In this document: one piece after another, positions 49,579 through 59,129 of the stretch | How the letters are laid out: each line of letters opens with the position of its first letter | How positions within the stretch are numbered: the stretch's first letter is position 1 | Origin: an uncultured Pseudomonadota bacterium | GTDB taxonomy: Bacteria > Pseudomonadota > Gammaproteobacteria > DASZBR01 | Assembly (NCBI GenBank): GCA_963712965.1 | Contig: CAVQJZ010000001.1 | Span: 8,966-72,965 of the forward strand | Direction of reading: 5' to 3' | Length of the DNA: 64,000 bases | Program-made: the position numbers and the translations under genes | The notes under the pieces: model-generated | Told to the model about the DNA's origin: nothing | Databases searched by the model: none | Seen by the model: the letters and a program-made list of their open reading frames with translations, nothing else

Positions 49579-49651
49579 GAAGATCTGGTAAAAAATAATA
49601 TTATGTTTAACATGCACACTTCTATATCCATGTTTCAAAGGGAAAATTACA

Positions 49652-51028
49652 TTGACCATCGTGCCGCAAGAGATTTTTCGTACTTATGATATTCGTGGTG
49701 TCGTTGACGACACGTTAACACCCGACGTTGTTTTTCAAATCGCGCAGGCTTTTGGCAGTGAAGCCAGAGCACAACATCAAACTAAAGTCGTCATCGCACG
49801 TGATGGCAGATTATCTGGTCCCACCTTAGGCGAAGCATTAAAAAAAGGATTGCTCGCCGCAGGTTGTGATGTAATTGATATTGGCCAAGTACCCACGCCA
49901 CTTTTATATTTCGCCACCCACATTTTAGACACGCACACCGGCATTATGTTAACTGGCAGTCATAATCCTAAAAATTATAATGGTTTGAAAATGGTGATTA
50001 ACGGCAAAACACTTGCTGAACAAACGATTCAAAATTTATACCAACGCATTATCAAAAAAAATATTGAACACGGCCAAGGTCGTTATCAACAAACGGATAT
50101 TGTTGATCGTTATATTGAACGCATTAAACACGACATTAAATTAAAGAAAAAATTAACCATCGTGATTGATTGCGGCAATGGCATTGCAGGCAATATCGCT
50201 CCCAAACTTTATCGCGCGCTAGGCTGTGACGTGATTGAATTATTTTGCGAAGTTGACGGCAATTTTCCCAATCATCATCCTGATCCTAGCATTCCTGAAA
50301 ATTTAAATGACTTAATTCATGCCGTAAAAAAACATCAGGCGGATGTGGGATTAGCATTTGATGGCGATGCGGATCGTTTAGGTGTGGTGACCAATGAAGG
50401 TGAAATCATTTGGCCGGATCGACAATTAATGCTTTATGCCATTGATGTATTATCCAGAAACCCGCAAGCAGAAATTATTTTCGATGTGAAATGCACCAAA
50501 CATTTAGCCAGCGTGATTAAAGAACACCACGGCAAACCCATCATGTGGAAAACCGGGCACTCGCTCATTAAACAAAAAATGCAGGAAATTGGCGCGCCAC
50601 TAGCAGGTGAAATGAGCGGACATACCTTTTTCAAAGAACGTTGGTATGGATTTGATGACGGTTTATATACCGGCGTGCGTTTGTTAGAAATTCTGGCCAA
50701 AGACACGCGCTCGGCCAGTGAACTTTTTAAAACATTACCCAATAGCGTCAACACCCCAGAATTAAAATTGGCTGTGACGAATGAACAACGTTCATTAATT
50801 ATTAATGGCCTGAAAAATTCATCTGCTTTTGCCAAAGCAAAAGTAAATACGATTGATGGCATTCGCGCCGATTTTGCACACAGCTGGGGATTAGTGCGCG
50901 GTTCAAATACCACATCACATTTAATTTTGCGTTTTGAAGCTGATGATGAAAAAGGGTTACTCGAAATTCAACATATATTTCGAGAAGAATTATTAAAATT
51001 AGACAGCCATTTGCAATTACCCTTTTAA
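49652..51028 (+). CDS. algC: Phosphomannomutase/phosphoglucomutase
   Basis: TGSHNP phosphoserine loop, FDGDADR metal loop, GEMSGH sugar loop. TTG start with an AAGGGA RBS. Confidence 0.88.
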   Translation: MTIVPQEIFRTYDIRGVVDDTLTPDVVFQIAQAFGSEARAQHQTKVVIARDGRLSGPTLGEALKKGLLAAGCDVIDIGQVPTPLLYFATHILDTHTGIMLTGSHNPKNYNGLKMVINGKTLAEQTIQNLYQRIIKKNIEHGQGRYQQTDIVDRYIERIKHDIKLKKKLTIVIDCGNGIAGNIAPKLYRALGCDVIELFCEVDGNFPNHHPDPSIPENLNDLIHAVKKHQADVGLAFDGDADRLGVVTNEGEIIWPDRQLMLYAIDVLSRNPQAEIIFDVKCTKHLASVIKEHHGKPIMWKTGHSLIKQKMQEIGAPLAGEMSGHTFFKERWYGFDDGLYTGVRLLEILAKDTRSASELFKTLPNSVNTPELKLAVTNEQRSLIINGLKNSSAFAKAKVNTIDGIRADFAHSWGLVRGSNTTSHLILRFEADDEKGLLEIQHIFREELLKLDSHLQLPF

Positions 51029-51032
51029 ACAT

Positions 51033-51101
51033 GTCATTGCGAGGCGACGAAGTCGCCGTGGCAATCTAGCAACTGGATTGCTTCGCTGCGCTCGCAATGA
51101 C
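51033..51101. repeat. MITE/REP-like palindromic element, family A (copy 1)
   Basis: GTCATTGCGAGGCGACGAAGTCGCCGTGGCAATCTA-GCAA-CTGGATTGCTTCGCTGCGCTCGCAATGAC. Confidence 0.85.
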
Positions 51102-51117
51102 GAGAGGACATACCGTC

Positions 51118-51876
51118 ATGAAAGTCATTACCTGCAACACCAACGGCATTCGCTCTGCCATCAAAAAAGGGTTTTTCGATTGGCTGAAAAAACAACATGC
51201 TGATGTCATTTGCATTCAAGAAACCAAAGCGCAATTAAAAAATATTCCTCAGGTGCTCGACGGTTATCATTGTTATCACAGCGATGCGATCAAACCTGGC
51301 TACAGTGGCGTGGCCATTTACACCAAACATTTACCGCAACAAGTTCATTATGGATTAGGTTGGGATTGCGCCGATAATGAAGGTCGTTATGTGCAAATTG
51401 ATTTTGCGACGGTCAGCATCGCTTCACTGTATTTACCGTCAGGTACATCAGGCGAACATCGCCAAGCCTTAAAATATGAATTCATGGAACACTACACACC
51501 TCTACTAAAAAAAATTATTCAAAATAAAAAACCTTTTATTATTTGTGGTGATTGGAATATTGCACATAAAAATATTGATTTGAAAAATTGGCGCGCCAAT
51601 CAAACGCACTCTGGATTTTTGCCTGAAGAACGTGCCTGGCTAGATAAACTGTTTGATACAATTGGTTTGGTAGATGCGTTTCGTGTAATTAATCAAGAAC
51701 CCGATCAATATACTTGGTGGTCACATCGCGGGCAGGCGTATAAAAAAAATGTCGGTTGGCGCATTGATTACCAAATCATTACGCCGGATTTAAAGAATAA
51801 AGTTAAAACCGTAGCGATTTACAAAGAGGAAAAATTTTCAGACCATGCACCGTTGATTATGGATTATGATTTGTAA
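51118..51876 (+). CDS. xthA: Exodeoxyribonuclease III (AP endonuclease)
   Basis: MKVITCNTNGIRS...ICIQETK...GDWNIAH...SDHAP. The track ORF start (51097) lies inside the repeat element. Confidence 0.93.
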   Translation: MKVITCNTNGIRSAIKKGFFDWLKKQHADVICIQETKAQLKNIPQVLDGYHCYHSDAIKPGYSGVAIYTKHLPQQVHYGLGWDCADNEGRYVQIDFATVSIASLYLPSGTSGEHRQALKYEFMEHYTPLLKKIIQNKKPFIICGDWNIAHKNIDLKNWRANQTHSGFLPEERAWLDKLFDTIGLVDAFRVINQEPDQYTWWSHRGQAYKKNVGWRIDYQIITPDLKNKVKTVAIYKEEKFSDHAPLIMDYDL

Positions 51877-51881
51877 CGCCT

Positions 51882-51990
51882 GTCATCCCGGCCAAGCGAC
51901 GAAGTCGCGCGAGCCGGGATCCAGGAAACCATTAAATTACTAGATCCCGGATATCCACCTTCGCTTCGCTACGGCGGATTCCGGGATGAC
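51882..51990. repeat. MITE/REP-like palindromic element, family B (copy 1)
   Basis: GTCATCCCGGCCAAGCGACGAAGTCGCGCGAGCCGGGATC...GATCCCGGATATCC...GGCGGATTCCGGGATGAC. Confidence 0.85.
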
Positions 51991-52008
51991 AACCAAAGGA
52001 GAAATGAA

Positions 52009-52566
52009 ATGGCTCAAACACTATCCACCATGTTACCGCTGGGAACTATCGCGCCTGATTTTAAATTGCTGGATACCGTTTCTAATGAAACCGTAAAGCT
52101 TCATGATTTAACTTCTGACAAAGCTACTGTCATTATTTTTATGTGCAATCACTGCCCTTTTGTAAAACATATTTTGCCGGAATTAATTAAAGTCGCACAT
52201 CATTACATGGAAAAAGGCGTTAAATTTATTGGCATTAATTCGAATGATATCGAAAATTATCCTGACGACTCACCTGAAAAGATGCACGCCCTTGCTAAAC
52301 AGTTAAATTTCTCCTTCCCTTATTTATTTGATGAAACCCAACAAATCGCCAAAAACTATCAAGCGGCCTGCACACCAGATTTTTATATTTTTGATAAAAA
52401 TTTACATTGTGTCTATCGCGGACGTTTTGATGAATCTCGCCCAGGAAACAATGTTCTCGTTACCGGAAAAGATTTATCACACGCATTGGATAATCTGCTG
52501 GCTGGAAAAACCATTGATGAAAACCAATTGCCAAGCATGGGATGCAATATTAAGTGGAAGGGATAA
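52009..52566 (+). CDS. Thioredoxin-fold thiol:disulfide oxidoreductase (AhpC/TSA-like)
   Basis: CxxC motif in IIFMCNHCPFVKH; 185 aa; GGAG RBS. Confidence 0.8.
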   Translation: MAQTLSTMLPLGTIAPDFKLLDTVSNETVKLHDLTSDKATVIIFMCNHCPFVKHILPELIKVAHHYMEKGVKFIGINSNDIENYPDDSPEKMHALAKQLNFSFPYLFDETQQIAKNYQAACTPDFYIFDKNLHCVYRGRFDESRPGNNVLVTGKDLSHALDNLLAGKTIDENQLPSMGCNIKWKG

Positions 52567-52569
52567 CAT

Positions 52570-52686
52570 GTCATCCCGGCCAAGCGACGAAGTCGCGCGA
52601 GCCGGGATCTACTGTCATTTGAAACAGATCCCGGATAAATGCTTCGCATTTTCCGGGATGACATATCGGCGGATTCCAGGATGACA
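52570..52686. repeat. MITE/REP-like palindromic element, family B (copy 2, with an extra terminal half-copy)
   Basis: The first 40 nt are identical to 51882-51921. Ends in ...TTCCGGGATGAC plus GGCGGATTCCAGGATGAC. Confidence 0.85.
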
Positions 52687-52692
52687 ATTTTT

Positions 52693-52767
52693 GTCATTGC
52701 GAGCGCAGCTAAGCAATCCAGAAACAAAACTTAGATTGCCACGGCGACTTCGTCGCCTCGCAATGAC
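52693..52767. repeat. MITE/REP-like palindromic element, family A (copy 2, inverted relative to copy 1)
   Basis: The reverse complement matches 51033-51101. The first 36 nt are identical, the central loop differs, and there is 1 mismatch in the distal arm. Confidence 0.85.
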
Positions 52768-52773
52768 AATGAA

Positions 52774-53481
52774 TTAAATCAAATCCGAATAAAAAAACTT
52801 TTCTTTCATGCCATGCGTTAAAAAAGTTTTTTGTGCGCCAAATACCATTTCCGGTGGACCGCTAGCGTAAACGTGAAAAGAAGATAAATCAGTATGATGT
52901 TTTAATAACACTTCATGCACCCAACCCATTTCACCTTGCCAGTGATCTTCTTTCAACGGCTGAGACAACACAGGAATATAATGCAAACCAGGCAATGCTT
53001 TTTGGAATTGCAATAATTCATCATGCCAATATAACCCTGCTTTAGTGCGCGCACCCCAATACAAAAAAATTGTTCGTGCGGGATCGTGTGTTTTTGCATA
53101 CTCAAGCAATGCTTTAAAAGGTGCAAATCCAGTACCACCTGCAAGCAACAACATAGGCTGAGTATCTTTGGGGAAAAACATTTTGCCGTAAGGACCTACA
53201 ATCGTTAATTCTTTTTGTTCACGAATATGTTTAATTAACGCGCCAGTGTAAGGACCATTAGGTAAATGACGAATATTTAATTCAATTAAATGATTATCTG
53301 AAGGCGCATTAGCAATAGAAAACGGCGCAGGATCAAAACCGTCCAATAATATTTCGATATATTGCCCAGCTTGATATATAAAAGGTTGTTCACGTGGCGA
53401 CGTTAATAATATACGCGCAATACATCCTGACAACTCTTGATATTCAACAAGCGTACAGGCGACTTGTTGAATATTAGCCAC
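52774..53481 (-). CDS. NAD(P)H-flavin reductase / ferredoxin-NADP reductase family oxidoreductase (Fre-like)
   Basis: Flavin-binding APFSIAN, NAD(P)-binding [12 protein letters not shown]-terminal ...YASGPPEMV. Confidence 0.8.
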   Translation of the reverse strand: MANIQQVACTLVEYQELSGCIARILLTSPREQPFIYQAGQYIEILLDGFDPAPFSIANAPSDNHLIELNIRHLPNGPYTGALIKHIREQKELTIVGPYGKMFFPKDTQPMLLLAGGTGFAPFKALLEYAKTHDPARTIFLYWGARTKAGLYWHDELLQFQKALPGLHYIPVLSQPLKEDHWQGEMGWVHEVLLKHHTDLSSFHVYASGPPEMVFGAQKTFLTHGMKEKFFYSDLI

Positions 53482-54730
53482 GCTTCATTGCTTCAAAGAA
53501 ATCTTCATTTCTCTTGGTCGCTTTTAAGCGATCAAATAAAAATTCCATGGCGGATAACTCATCCATGGGGTGCAATAATTTACGTAAAATCCATATTTTT
53601 TGCAGCATATCTGGCTCGATCAACAATTCTTCACGACGCGTACCAGAACGATTAATATTAATTGCAGGGTATAAACGTTTTTCGGCAATACGGCGATCCA
53701 AATGTAATTCCATGTTACCGGTACCTTTGAATTCTTCGTAAATAACGTCATCCATTTTCGAACCAGTATCAATTAAGGCGGTCGCAATAATCGTTAAACT
53801 TCCACCTTCTTCCACATTACGCGCCGCACCAAAGAAACGTTTAGGACGATGCAATGCATTCGCATCCACACCACCCGTTAGTACTTTTCCTGACGACGGA
53901 ATAACTGTGTTATAGGCACGCGCTAAACGCGTAATCGAATCTAATAAAATAATCACATCACGTTTGTGTTCTACTAAACGCTTAGCTTTTTCAATAACCA
54001 TTTCAGCCACTTGCACATGACGTGTGGCAGGTTCGTCAAACGTACTCGCTACTACTTCACCTTTCACTGAACGCGACATTTCCGTCACTTCTTCAGGGCG
54101 CTCGTCAATCAACAATACAATTAAATAACAATCAGGGTGATTAGCAGTAATAGAATGCGCAATATTTTGCAGCATCATGGTTTTACCCGCTTTTGGTGGC
54201 GATACAATTAATCCACGCTGCCCTTTACCAATCGGTGAGATTAAATCAATCACGCGGGCGGTAATATCTTCTGTACTACCATTACCAATTTCCATTTTTA
54301 ATACTTCGTTGGCAAATAATGGCGTTAAGTTTTCAAACAAGACTTTATTTTTCGCATTTTCCGGCGCATCAAAATTAATTTCATCGACTTTCAATAAAGC
54401 AAAATAACGCTCGCCTTCTTTCGGTGGACGAATTTTTCCACAAATGCTATCCCCGGTGTGTAAATTAAAACGACGAATTTGACTAGGTGAAACGTAGATA
54501 TCATCCGGCCCGGCTAAATAAGATTCTGACGCGGAACGTAAAAAACCAAAACCATCCGGCAAAATTTCTAATACGCCATCACCCGAAATCTCTTCGCCAC
54601 GTTTTGCCATGGCTTTTAAAATCGTAAAGATCATGTCTTTTTTGTGAGTGCGAAGACTTTCTTGCCCTATTTCTTTTGCGATATTGATTAATTCAGCGGG
54701 GGTTTTACTCTTTAATTCTGTTAAATTCAT
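53474..54730 (-). CDS. rho: Transcription termination factor Rho
   Basis: [20 protein letters not shown]..., RNA-binding GFGFLR, Walker A PPKAGKT, 418 aa. Confidence 0.97.
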   Translation of the reverse strand: MNLTELKSKTPAELINIAKEIGQESLRTHKKDMIFTILKAMAKRGEEISGDGVLEILPDGFGFLRSASESYLAGPDDIYVSPSQIRRFNLHTGDSICGKIRPPKEGERYFALLKVDEINFDAPENAKNKVLFENLTPLFANEVLKMEIGNGSTEDITARVIDLISPIGKGQRGLIVSPPKAGKTMMLQNIAHSITANHPDCYLIVLLIDERPEEVTEMSRSVKGEVVASTFDEPATRHVQVAEMVIEKAKRLVEHKRDVIILLDSITRLARAYNTVIPSSGKVLTGGVDANALHRPKRFFGAARNVEEGGSLTIIATALIDTGSKMDDVIYEEFKGTGNMELHLDRRIAEKRLYPAININRSGTRREELLIEPDMLQKIWILRKLLHPMDELSAMEFLFDRLKATKRNEDFFEAMKRG

Positions 54731-54809
54731 AACGTTTGATTGGATCCATTGTCGGTTGATAAAAATGAAGTTGGATTAACTTGAGGTGAGCGCCTAAATG
54801 CGGCATTGA

Positions 54810-57074
54810 CTAACGGTTTTTACGGTAACATAGGTTGTTATTATTGTCTAGCACATCATCACCTTTCTTTGGGGATGGCGAAGAAGGCGGTAAATTTAGC
54901 TCAATAGCACTAGAAGTATTTTCTGCACTTTTCGTTTCTCCTGGTGTATGCAAACCCTTTGAATACCAGCACGCTAGATAACACATGGCACCATTTTCTT
55001 CTCTTCTTAAACATAGCACTCGACTTGCATTCGCTTGCGTTTTTAACTCATGCGTAGCATTTGTTAGATACGGCTTGCCATCAATCATTACATCTCGTGA
55101 AAGCTTTTTATTATTTAATGGCTTCAACCCCAGCTTTGAATCAAATTTAATCAGTGTTTTTTTAAATTGCTCCAGTTCGGCTTCTGAACATCCCTGCGCT
55201 TCTAAAGCTTTTTCATCCAAATAAAAATAGCTTTTTAACCTAATGTCTATAACGGTTACCCTGTCAGAAGTAAGCCTGCCATCAAACCAACTATAAACCT
55301 CTTCCACTTTAGGTGTTTTTTCAACCTTAGGCACTACCGCTTCAGGCGGTTTTTCTTTTGCCTCTCTCATCATTTGTTTTATTTGGTCATCATCAAAACC
55401 TAACTCACGCAGCGCAGCAAAAGGACTACTTGAATCACCTGTCAAACCACCTAGATTTTGGTTACGGTAAGCTTCTTTCACCACATAATCGACAGAAAAA
55501 CAAACCGTCGCCATCTCCCCCAATGAAACCTTAATAGCTTCTTCATAACAAATTGTAATATTCTCAACAAATTCTGGCATATAGCTCATTATTAGATATT
55601 TAATAGTCTCTTCATACGCTCTTATTTTTAATTGCAGCTCTCTTCTTTTTTTCGCATCACTTCTTTCCTGCGCCAATTGAGTGCTCAACCCTTCTCGTTC
55701 TTGGATAGCAATCAGCAAAGAATTACCTTCATCATTGCGAATGAAAATTTTTGCTCTTTTATCTAGCAAATATTTTGCCACCTGCGGATGCCCGTACTCA
55801 ACAGCGTAAGTTAATGGCGTTGTTTTATTGCTGGTTTCTTGATTAACAGACAGTTTTTTATTTTCAACAAGCTCTTTGACCAAAGAAAGATTACCTACCA
55901 TCGCGGCAACATGAAGCAAATTTACCCCTTGAAGATCGACAAGAGAAGTATTCACGCCCTTGTTCAAAAGATATTGCACTATGTCAGTATGGTTACTCGC
56001 ACAAGCTTGCATGACAGGAGAAAACCCAAATTCGCTGCGCAAATTAATGTCCACCTTGGCTTTTTCAACTAAATATTTTACAAGCGGTAAATTTCCACTA
56101 AATACAGCCGAACAAAGCGTATCACTATCGATGGGTCTTTTTTTCTCTCCGTAAAGAACATAAAGCTTTTCAACAACTGGCTGTAGTCCTTGAAATGCTG
56201 CCCACTCAAGCAAAGAAGCTGGTTTCGATCCCCCTGCTCTTGAAAGCTTTGCCTTTTCCGAAACTTTTAAGTAGTCCGCGCCCTTGTTCAGCAACTGTAA
56301 AATTAATTTGTGATGGTTTTCTGTGTTCAGAATCATGCAACGCTCAAGTAAATTAAACATCTCGCCGTTGAGGCGCAATGTTTGATTAGGATCTGCACCT
56401 TTATCTAATAACAATTGCGTTGCTTGCAAATCCAAAAGAGTCAATGCTTGTCTGGATCCAATAAATCCAAGCAAAGAACAAAAATTACCTTCCCCCTGGA
56501 ACGGTATAGGACGATCAAGTTGTAACTTGGGATTTTTTTGAAGCAACAGCGCAGCAATTTCAACGTGTTGCACCGTAAGGTGCTCTGCGTCTAATGAACA
56601 TTGCAGCACAGTAAAATTATCTTGGCTTGGCGTATCATCTATCGGCACACCATGCTGAATCAGCAATTTTACAAGATCTTTTTTGCCGAAGTGGGCAACA
56701 TAATGCAAAGGAAAATAATTGTGCGCTGCGAGTATTTCAAAATCTAGCTTTTTACTCTCCAACAGCAATTTGACTACACCGCTCTCTCCACTTTCAATAG
56801 CATTGCTAAGCGCGTTATATTTACCTACAAAACAATTAACATCTGCACCAGCTGCCAACGCTGCTTTAACAAGAGTTTCTAACCCTCCAGCACAACAATA
56901 CATAAGTGGCGTCATGAACTTATCGGAAGAATTGGTGCTGATGTTCATTAGAACATTCACGCCATTCGTTTGAAAAAACTCTTCGCTCTTTACGAAATTG
57001 TTTTTTTCTTTGAGAAACTCTCTAGAATACTTAGCTGTTTCATTTCTGCTTAACTGCTTCATTTCTTGTGGCAC
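54810..57074 (-). CDS. Ankyrin-repeat protein, 754 aa: about 10-12 ANK repeats followed by a C-terminal region of about 290 aa with unknown fold. Candidate Dot/Icm effector.
   Basis: Repeats such as TPLMYCCAGGLETLVKAALAAGADVN, FPLHYVAHFGKKDLVKLLIQHGVPID, NLLHVAAMVGNLSLVKELVENKK, TPLTYAVEYGHPQVAKYLLDKRAKI. GTG start with an AAGGTGA RBS. Confidence 0.85.
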   Translation of the reverse strand: MPQEMKQLSRNETAKYSREFLKEKNNFVKSEEFFQTNGVNVLMNISTNSSDKFMTPLMYCCAGGLETLVKAALAAGADVNCFVGKYNALSNAIESGESGVVKLLLESKKLDFEILAAHNYFPLHYVAHFGKKDLVKLLIQHGVPIDDTPSQDNFTVLQCSLDAEHLTVQHVEIAALLLQKNPKLQLDRPIPFQGEGNFCSLLGFIGSRQALTLLDLQATQLLLDKGADPNQTLRLNGEMFNLLERCMILNTENHHKLILQLLNKGADYLKVSEKAKLSRAGGSKPASLLEWAAFQGLQPVVEKLYVLYGEKKRPIDSDTLCSAVFSGNLPLVKYLVEKAKVDINLRSEFGFSPVMQACASNHTDIVQYLLNKGVNTSLVDLQGVNLLHVAAMVGNLSLVKELVENKKLSVNQETSNKTTPLTYAVEYGHPQVAKYLLDKRAKIFIRNDEGNSLLIAIQEREGLSTQLAQERSDAKKRRELQLKIRAYEETIKYLIMSYMPEFVENITICYEEAIKVSLGEMATVCFSVDYVVKEAYRNQNLGGLTGDSSSPFAALRELGFDDDQIKQMMREAKEKPPEAVVPKVEKTPKVEEVYSWFDGRLTSDRVTVIDIRLKSYFYLDEKALEAQGCSEAELEQFKKTLIKFDSKLGLKPLNNKKLSRDVMIDGKPYLTNATHELKTQANASRVLCLRREENGAMCYLACWYSKGLHTPGETKSAENTSSAIELNLPPSSPSPKKGDDVLDNNNNLCYRKNR

Positions 57075-57093
57075 TACAAATCACCTTTTTAAA

Positions 57094-58068
57094 TTAACAA
57101 GATTTTCTAAACGACGACTTAATCTGTTGTTTGATGCTTAGCCTTGGCGGATTAACTACATTGTCCTCGTTTCCTTTCTTTTCTCCTGCAAATACACCCT
57201 TCTTATTTCGACGCGATTCTTCTTTTCTTGCATTCCACTTTTGAACTGGATTATGGTCAACTGGCAACTCCGCCATTTTCTTTGCAACATTATTTGATTG
57301 TACATTTGATATATCAGATAAAACATTTTCTGTAGCGGTCTTTTCAGGCGCCATTTTTATTCGCTCCCATATACCACTTAACAAACTAAACCAATTTTTC
57401 GCCGCCAATTCCGGTTCTGGCAACTTAACGACGTACGCCAAACCTTTTCTAAACTTAGGAAATCCATCTTTTATTTCAGTCCATGCAGCTATAGCTGCAT
57501 GCTTTATTAATTCTATGAAGGCATCCGAAACTAATCTATTTGATTTTTCAGACGCTGGCAGATCAGTATCAAAACTACGACTAACCGTTTCTCCACGTGC
57601 TTCAGCTTCTTCAATGTTTTTAACAATTTTAGCTTTTCTTGTTTCGACATCGAACAGTAATTCAGATGATTTGGGCGGTAACTCATCCTTACTTATCTCT
57701 ACCAAGTTATTATCAACATAATCTTTTTCTGATTTGCCGCTCACTTCTAATATTTTTTGTTGTTGCTCAGGTGTGAGATAAACAAAAAGTGATGTCATCA
57801 TCTCACTATTTGCATCACGAAATAATCCAGGATTCGCTTGAACAAGCGCATCAATATTTAAGCCTTTCTTCACTAATTGACCTAAATAATTACCTAGCAA
57901 CTTCATGAAATTTTGGTTATCTGCATGTGCGCTAATAATTCGCGCCAGATCAACCATGCTGTCATTGAAATCTTCGATAGGAATAGCAGAACCAAAATTC
58001 TCGAACAGATCTAACGCCAAGCCGGGGCTTTGCATAGCTTCTTCAATTTTTTTGGGATCTAACGCCAT
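57094..58068 (-). CDS. Orphan protein of about 324 aa, first gene of the two-gene operon with the ankyrin protein
   Basis: Long ORF, 19 nt upstream of the ANK gene, with a PmrA-type box upstream. No recognisable domain. Confidence 0.65.
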   Translation of the reverse strand: MALDPKKIEEAMQSPGLALDLFENFGSAIPIEDFNDSMVDLARIISAHADNQNFMKLLGNYLGQLVKKGLNIDALVQANPGLFRDANSEMMTSLFVYLTPEQQQKILEVSGKSEKDYVDNNLVEISKDELPPKSSELLFDVETRKAKIVKNIEEAEARGETVSRSFDTDLPASEKSNRLVSDAFIELIKHAAIAAWTEIKDGFPKFRKGLAYVVKLPEPELAAKNWFSLLSGIWERIKMAPEKTATENVLSDISNVQSNNVAKKMAELPVDHNPVQKWNARKEESRRNKKGVFAGEKKGNEDNVVNPPRLSIKQQIKSSFRKSC

Positions 58069-58103
58069 AGCCACCTCAAAATGAGTCTTATACCGTTAAG
58101 TCT

Positions 58104-58136
58104 AGTCTACCTTCCCAACCTTAAGGTAAGATGAAT
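58104..58136 (-). promoter_or_regulatory. PmrA-type promoter: ATTCATCTT-AC-CTTAAGGTT-N7-TAGACT
   Basis: Read on the minus strand, about 36 nt upstream of ATG 58068. Confidence 0.45.
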
Positions 58137-58168
58137 TTTCTAAATTTACAACCATAAGGCTTTATAGA

Positions 58169-59122
58169 ATGGCCCACCAAAACATCTTTTTCGCCACGGA
58201 AAACTCCACCGGAATTATCACTTTAAACCGACCCAATGCGCTTAACGCCTTATCGCTTGAAATGATCATGGCATTTAAGCAGCAGTTAAAACAATGGGCA
58301 GAAGATAAAAAAATTGAATCGGTGATGGTGCGTAGCAATGGCGAACGTGCATTTTGCGCGGGCGGTGATATTCGTGCACTGTATCAAGCCATGCAAGAAA
58401 ATGTGGCGCATAAAGCGAATGAATTCTTTATTGCAGAATATGATCTTAATCATTACATCAAACATTATCCCAAACGTTATATTGCATTATTAAATGGTAT
58501 TGCGATGGGTGGCGGCTTAGGTATTTCTATAAATGGCAGCTTGCGTTTAGCACAAGCAAATACTCAATTAGCCATGCCAGAAACCGCGATTGGATTTTTC
58601 CCTGATGTCGGCGCACTTTATTTTCTTTCGCAATGCCCTGGATACATCGGCACTTATTTAGGTTTATTAGGTATTCGCATTAATGCCAAAGAAGCATTAT
58701 ATGCCAAGCTGATTGATCAAATTATTGACGAAGAAAATACACAAACACTTGTGAATCATTTAGAAAACGAACGCCAACTTATTGATGATTGTTTTAGCGC
58801 ATCTAGCATAGAAGAAATTCTATCGCGTTTAGAAAAAACTAATACCGCCTGGAGCAAAGAAACTATTGATACATTAAAAAAACGCTCACCAACCAGCTTG
58901 AAAGTTACATTAAAAGCATTGCAACAAGCGCGTGTATTATCGTTTGATGAATGCATGCGCTTAACCATGACGCTAGCAAACAATTTTCTCCACGATCATG
59001 ACCTGCGTGAAGGGATACGTGCCACCGTCATTGATAAAGATCAAACCCCTCACTGGCAACCGGCCAAACTTTCTGAGATTAGTTCGGCGATGGTAGAGAA
59101 ATATTTCACACCAATGTTATAG
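58169..59122 (+). CDS. Enoyl-CoA hydratase/isomerase family protein (3-hydroxyisobutyryl-CoA hydrolase-like)
   Basis: ITLNRPNALNALS...RAFCAGGDIRAL...GIAMGGGLGIS crotonase fold with a long C-terminal helical extension. Confidence 0.8.
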   Translation: MAHQNIFFATENSTGIITLNRPNALNALSLEMIMAFKQQLKQWAEDKKIESVMVRSNGERAFCAGGDIRALYQAMQENVAHKANEFFIAEYDLNHYIKHYPKRYIALLNGIAMGGGLGISINGSLRLAQANTQLAMPETAIGFFPDVGALYFLSQCPGYIGTYLGLLGIRINAKEALYAKLIDQIIDEENTQTLVNHLENERQLIDDCFSASSIEEILSRLEKTNTAWSKETIDTLKKRSPTSLKVTLKALQQARVLSFDECMRLTMTLANNFLHDHDLREGIRATVIDKDQTPHWQPAKLSEISSAMVEKYFTPML

Positions 59123-59129
59123 TGCGCGG

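Noticed and set aside
51034-51234. Track ORFs 51034-51234(-), 52328-52684(+), 52413-52727(-) and 46110-46316(-).
   Set aside because: They are translations of MITE/REP elements (HCERSEAIQ, SRPSDEVARAGI, SRESGNP-type peptides) and/or antisense to xthA. They have no RBS and are repeat-derived.
51033-52767. The repeat cluster considered as a possible CRISPR array.
   Set aside because: The repeats are long nested palindromes from two different families in mixed orientation, separated by whole genes. There is no regular repeat-spacer periodicity and no cas genes.
54748-54780. Possible fifth PmrA-type box upstream of rho. On the minus strand it reads GTTAATCCA-A-CTTCATTTT-TATCAACC-GACAAT, and it shares the 11-mer GTTAATCCAAC with the box at 20471-20481.
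   Set aside because: The repeat period is 10 rather than 11 bp, or else the second repeat is poor. The -10 lacks the leading T, and the resulting leader would have no Shine-Dalgarno. I keep it only as a weak candidate to include in a genome-wide scan.
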